A stretch of DNA of 17,232 nucleotides, taken from an uncultured Pseudomonadota bacterium. Its GTDB lineage: Bacteria; SAR324; NAC60-12. The stretch is taken from the NCBI GenBank assembly GCA_913020725.1, contig CAJWCD010000080.1, positions 1-17,232 of the forward strand, written 5' to 3'. Positions 16,231-17,232 of this stretch are shown piece by piece (position 1 is the stretch's first letter; each line of letters begins with the position of its first letter). The translations under genes and the position numbers were made by a program. The notes beneath the pieces are model-generated. The model worked only from the letters and a program-made list of their open reading frames with translations, was not told where the DNA came from and made no database searches.

Positions 16231-16909
16231 GCGTGATTCCGAGCGTTCCCAGCCCTGCGATTGCCCCTTCAATCCGGTCTCCCCGCTGGAGTGGTCCCAC
16301 TCCGGCAGGGGTTCCGGTAAAGATCAAGTCACCAGCTTTCAGTTCAAACGACTCCGAGAGCATCGAGATCACCTCCGGAACAGACCAGATCAACTCGTTG
16401 AGATCTCCCTGTTGTCGCAACTCCCCGTTGATACTCAGGGTGATCGCGCCCTCTGACGGATGCCCCACGGCACTGACTGGATAGATCGCGGCACACGGTG
16501 CTGAGCGGTCAAATGCCTTGCCAGTGTCCCACGGACGCCCCGCCTTTTTCGCTTCACCCTGACGATCCCGCCTAGTGAGGTCAAGACCCACCGCATAACC
16601 GAACACATAGTCCAGCGCCTGCTGCTTGGCAATCCGGACTCCGTCCTTGCCGAGTGCAACCACCAGTTCGATTTCGTGATGCAGGTTCTCCGTATTCATC
16701 GGAAACGGAATCGTGCTGCCGTCCGGCACCACCGCATCCGCAGGCTTGGTGAAGAAGAACGGCGCGTCCCGCTCCGGATTGTGCCCCATCTCTCTGGCGT
16801 GTTCGGCGTAGTTTCGTCCGACACAGTAGATGCGATGCACCGGAAAACGGTCCTCGCTGCCAGCAACGGCAACCGTGGGCAGTTCCCACGCAGGTATGGC
16901 GTAGCTCAT
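16217..16909 (-). CDS. Fumarylacetoacetate hydrolase family protein (fumarylpyruvate/acylpyruvate hydrolase-like)
   Basis: Motifs FPVHRIYCVGRNYAEHAREMG, PFFFTKP, LHHEIELVV, GLDLTRRD.Q, PWDTGKAFD and GDLIFTGTPAGVG. Overlaps the 3' end of tex by 14 nt. Confidence 0.93.
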   Translation of the reverse strand: MSYAIPAWELPTVAVAGSEDRFPVHRIYCVGRNYAEHAREMGHNPERDAPFFFTKPADAVVPDGSTIPFPMNTENLHHEIELVVALGKDGVRIAKQQALDYVFGYAVGLDLTRRDRQGEAKKAGRPWDTGKAFDRSAPCAAIYPVSAVGHPSEGAITLSINGELRQQGDLNELIWSVPEVISMLSESFELKAGDLIFTGTPAGVGPLQRGDRIEGAIAGLGTLGITLSSD

Positions 16910-17144
16910 TGGTTTTTTCTTGGACTAAGGTTGAGGTTCGGGGGATTTTTATTTGAGGATGACTACAGAGACTGCATCAACGAATGCCTGATCCTCTGGT
17001 TCGTTGTAACTCTCTGCAACGGCCAAAGATTGACGGTGTGCAGACTCCCGGAGTCTCTCGGCTCGCAGGTACTCTTGATGTGTCTGTTCTTGCTTGTTGG
17101 TTACAATGGAAGCAGGAGTTGTCATGTTATTTTCAGAACTGTCA

Positions 17145-17158
17145 TTACATTAATGTAA
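17145..17158. promoter_or_regulatory. Perfect 14-bp palindrome, candidate operator
   Basis: TTACATTAATGTAA is its own reverse complement. It lies in AT-rich non-coding DNA with further TTACA/TGTAA half-sites nearby. Confidence 0.35.
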
Positions 17159-17232
17159 CCTGCGCTGATTACATATATTGATGGTCTCGCAAGAAGTCCT
17201 CTGAGGTGATAAATTAGTCGATTTCTGGGGTC

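Noticed and set aside
4996..16889. Numerous long overlapping alternate-frame or antisense ORFs (e.g. 4996..5958, 8553..9497, 9785..10552, 11552..12448)
   Set aside because: These are expected shadows of GC-rich coding genes. None shows family motifs.
16676..17181. Plus-strand ORFs 16676..17158 and 16984..17181
   Set aside because: The first is partly antisense to FAH. Both have atypical composition and no motifs, so the region is more likely non-coding.
1..17232. CRISPR array, IS/transposase, integrase, reverse transcriptase, riboswitch or known defence genes
   Set aside because: I found no regularly spaced repeat-spacer pattern and no such protein or RNA motifs in the window.

Overview
A mostly housekeeping bacterial region. 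The gene set and style suggest a deltaproteobacterial/SAR324-like Gram-negative organism, which is an inference. From left to right: about 1 kb of accessory-looking DNA (a partial exported protein, an XRE HTH regulator and an apparent decayed copy of it) abuts the 3' end of tRNA-Gly(GCC) through an att-like junction with an IHF consensus site and paired GGTGGGGGA repeats. Then come an mltD-like lytic transglycosylase with 4 LysM domains, argB, miaA (-), rodA, gltX and a lepB-map-hflK protein-maturation cluster. In that cluster LepB has an extra N-terminal domain, Map has a SEC-C zinc motif, and no hflC follows hflK. Next are a hypothetical gene (-), a sigma28-driven stand-alone flagellin, a Zn-ribbon/TM/HEXXH SprT-like protease (-) divergent from tex, tex itself, and a FAH-family hydrolase (-). 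The most unusual signals are strong window-wide over-representation of the palindrome TCCGGA (about 41 copies by hand count), the membrane-anchored SprT-like protein beside tex, near absence of Shine-Dalgarno motifs before core genes, and the tRNA-Gly island junction. No complete novel multi-gene system can be established from the sequence alone.
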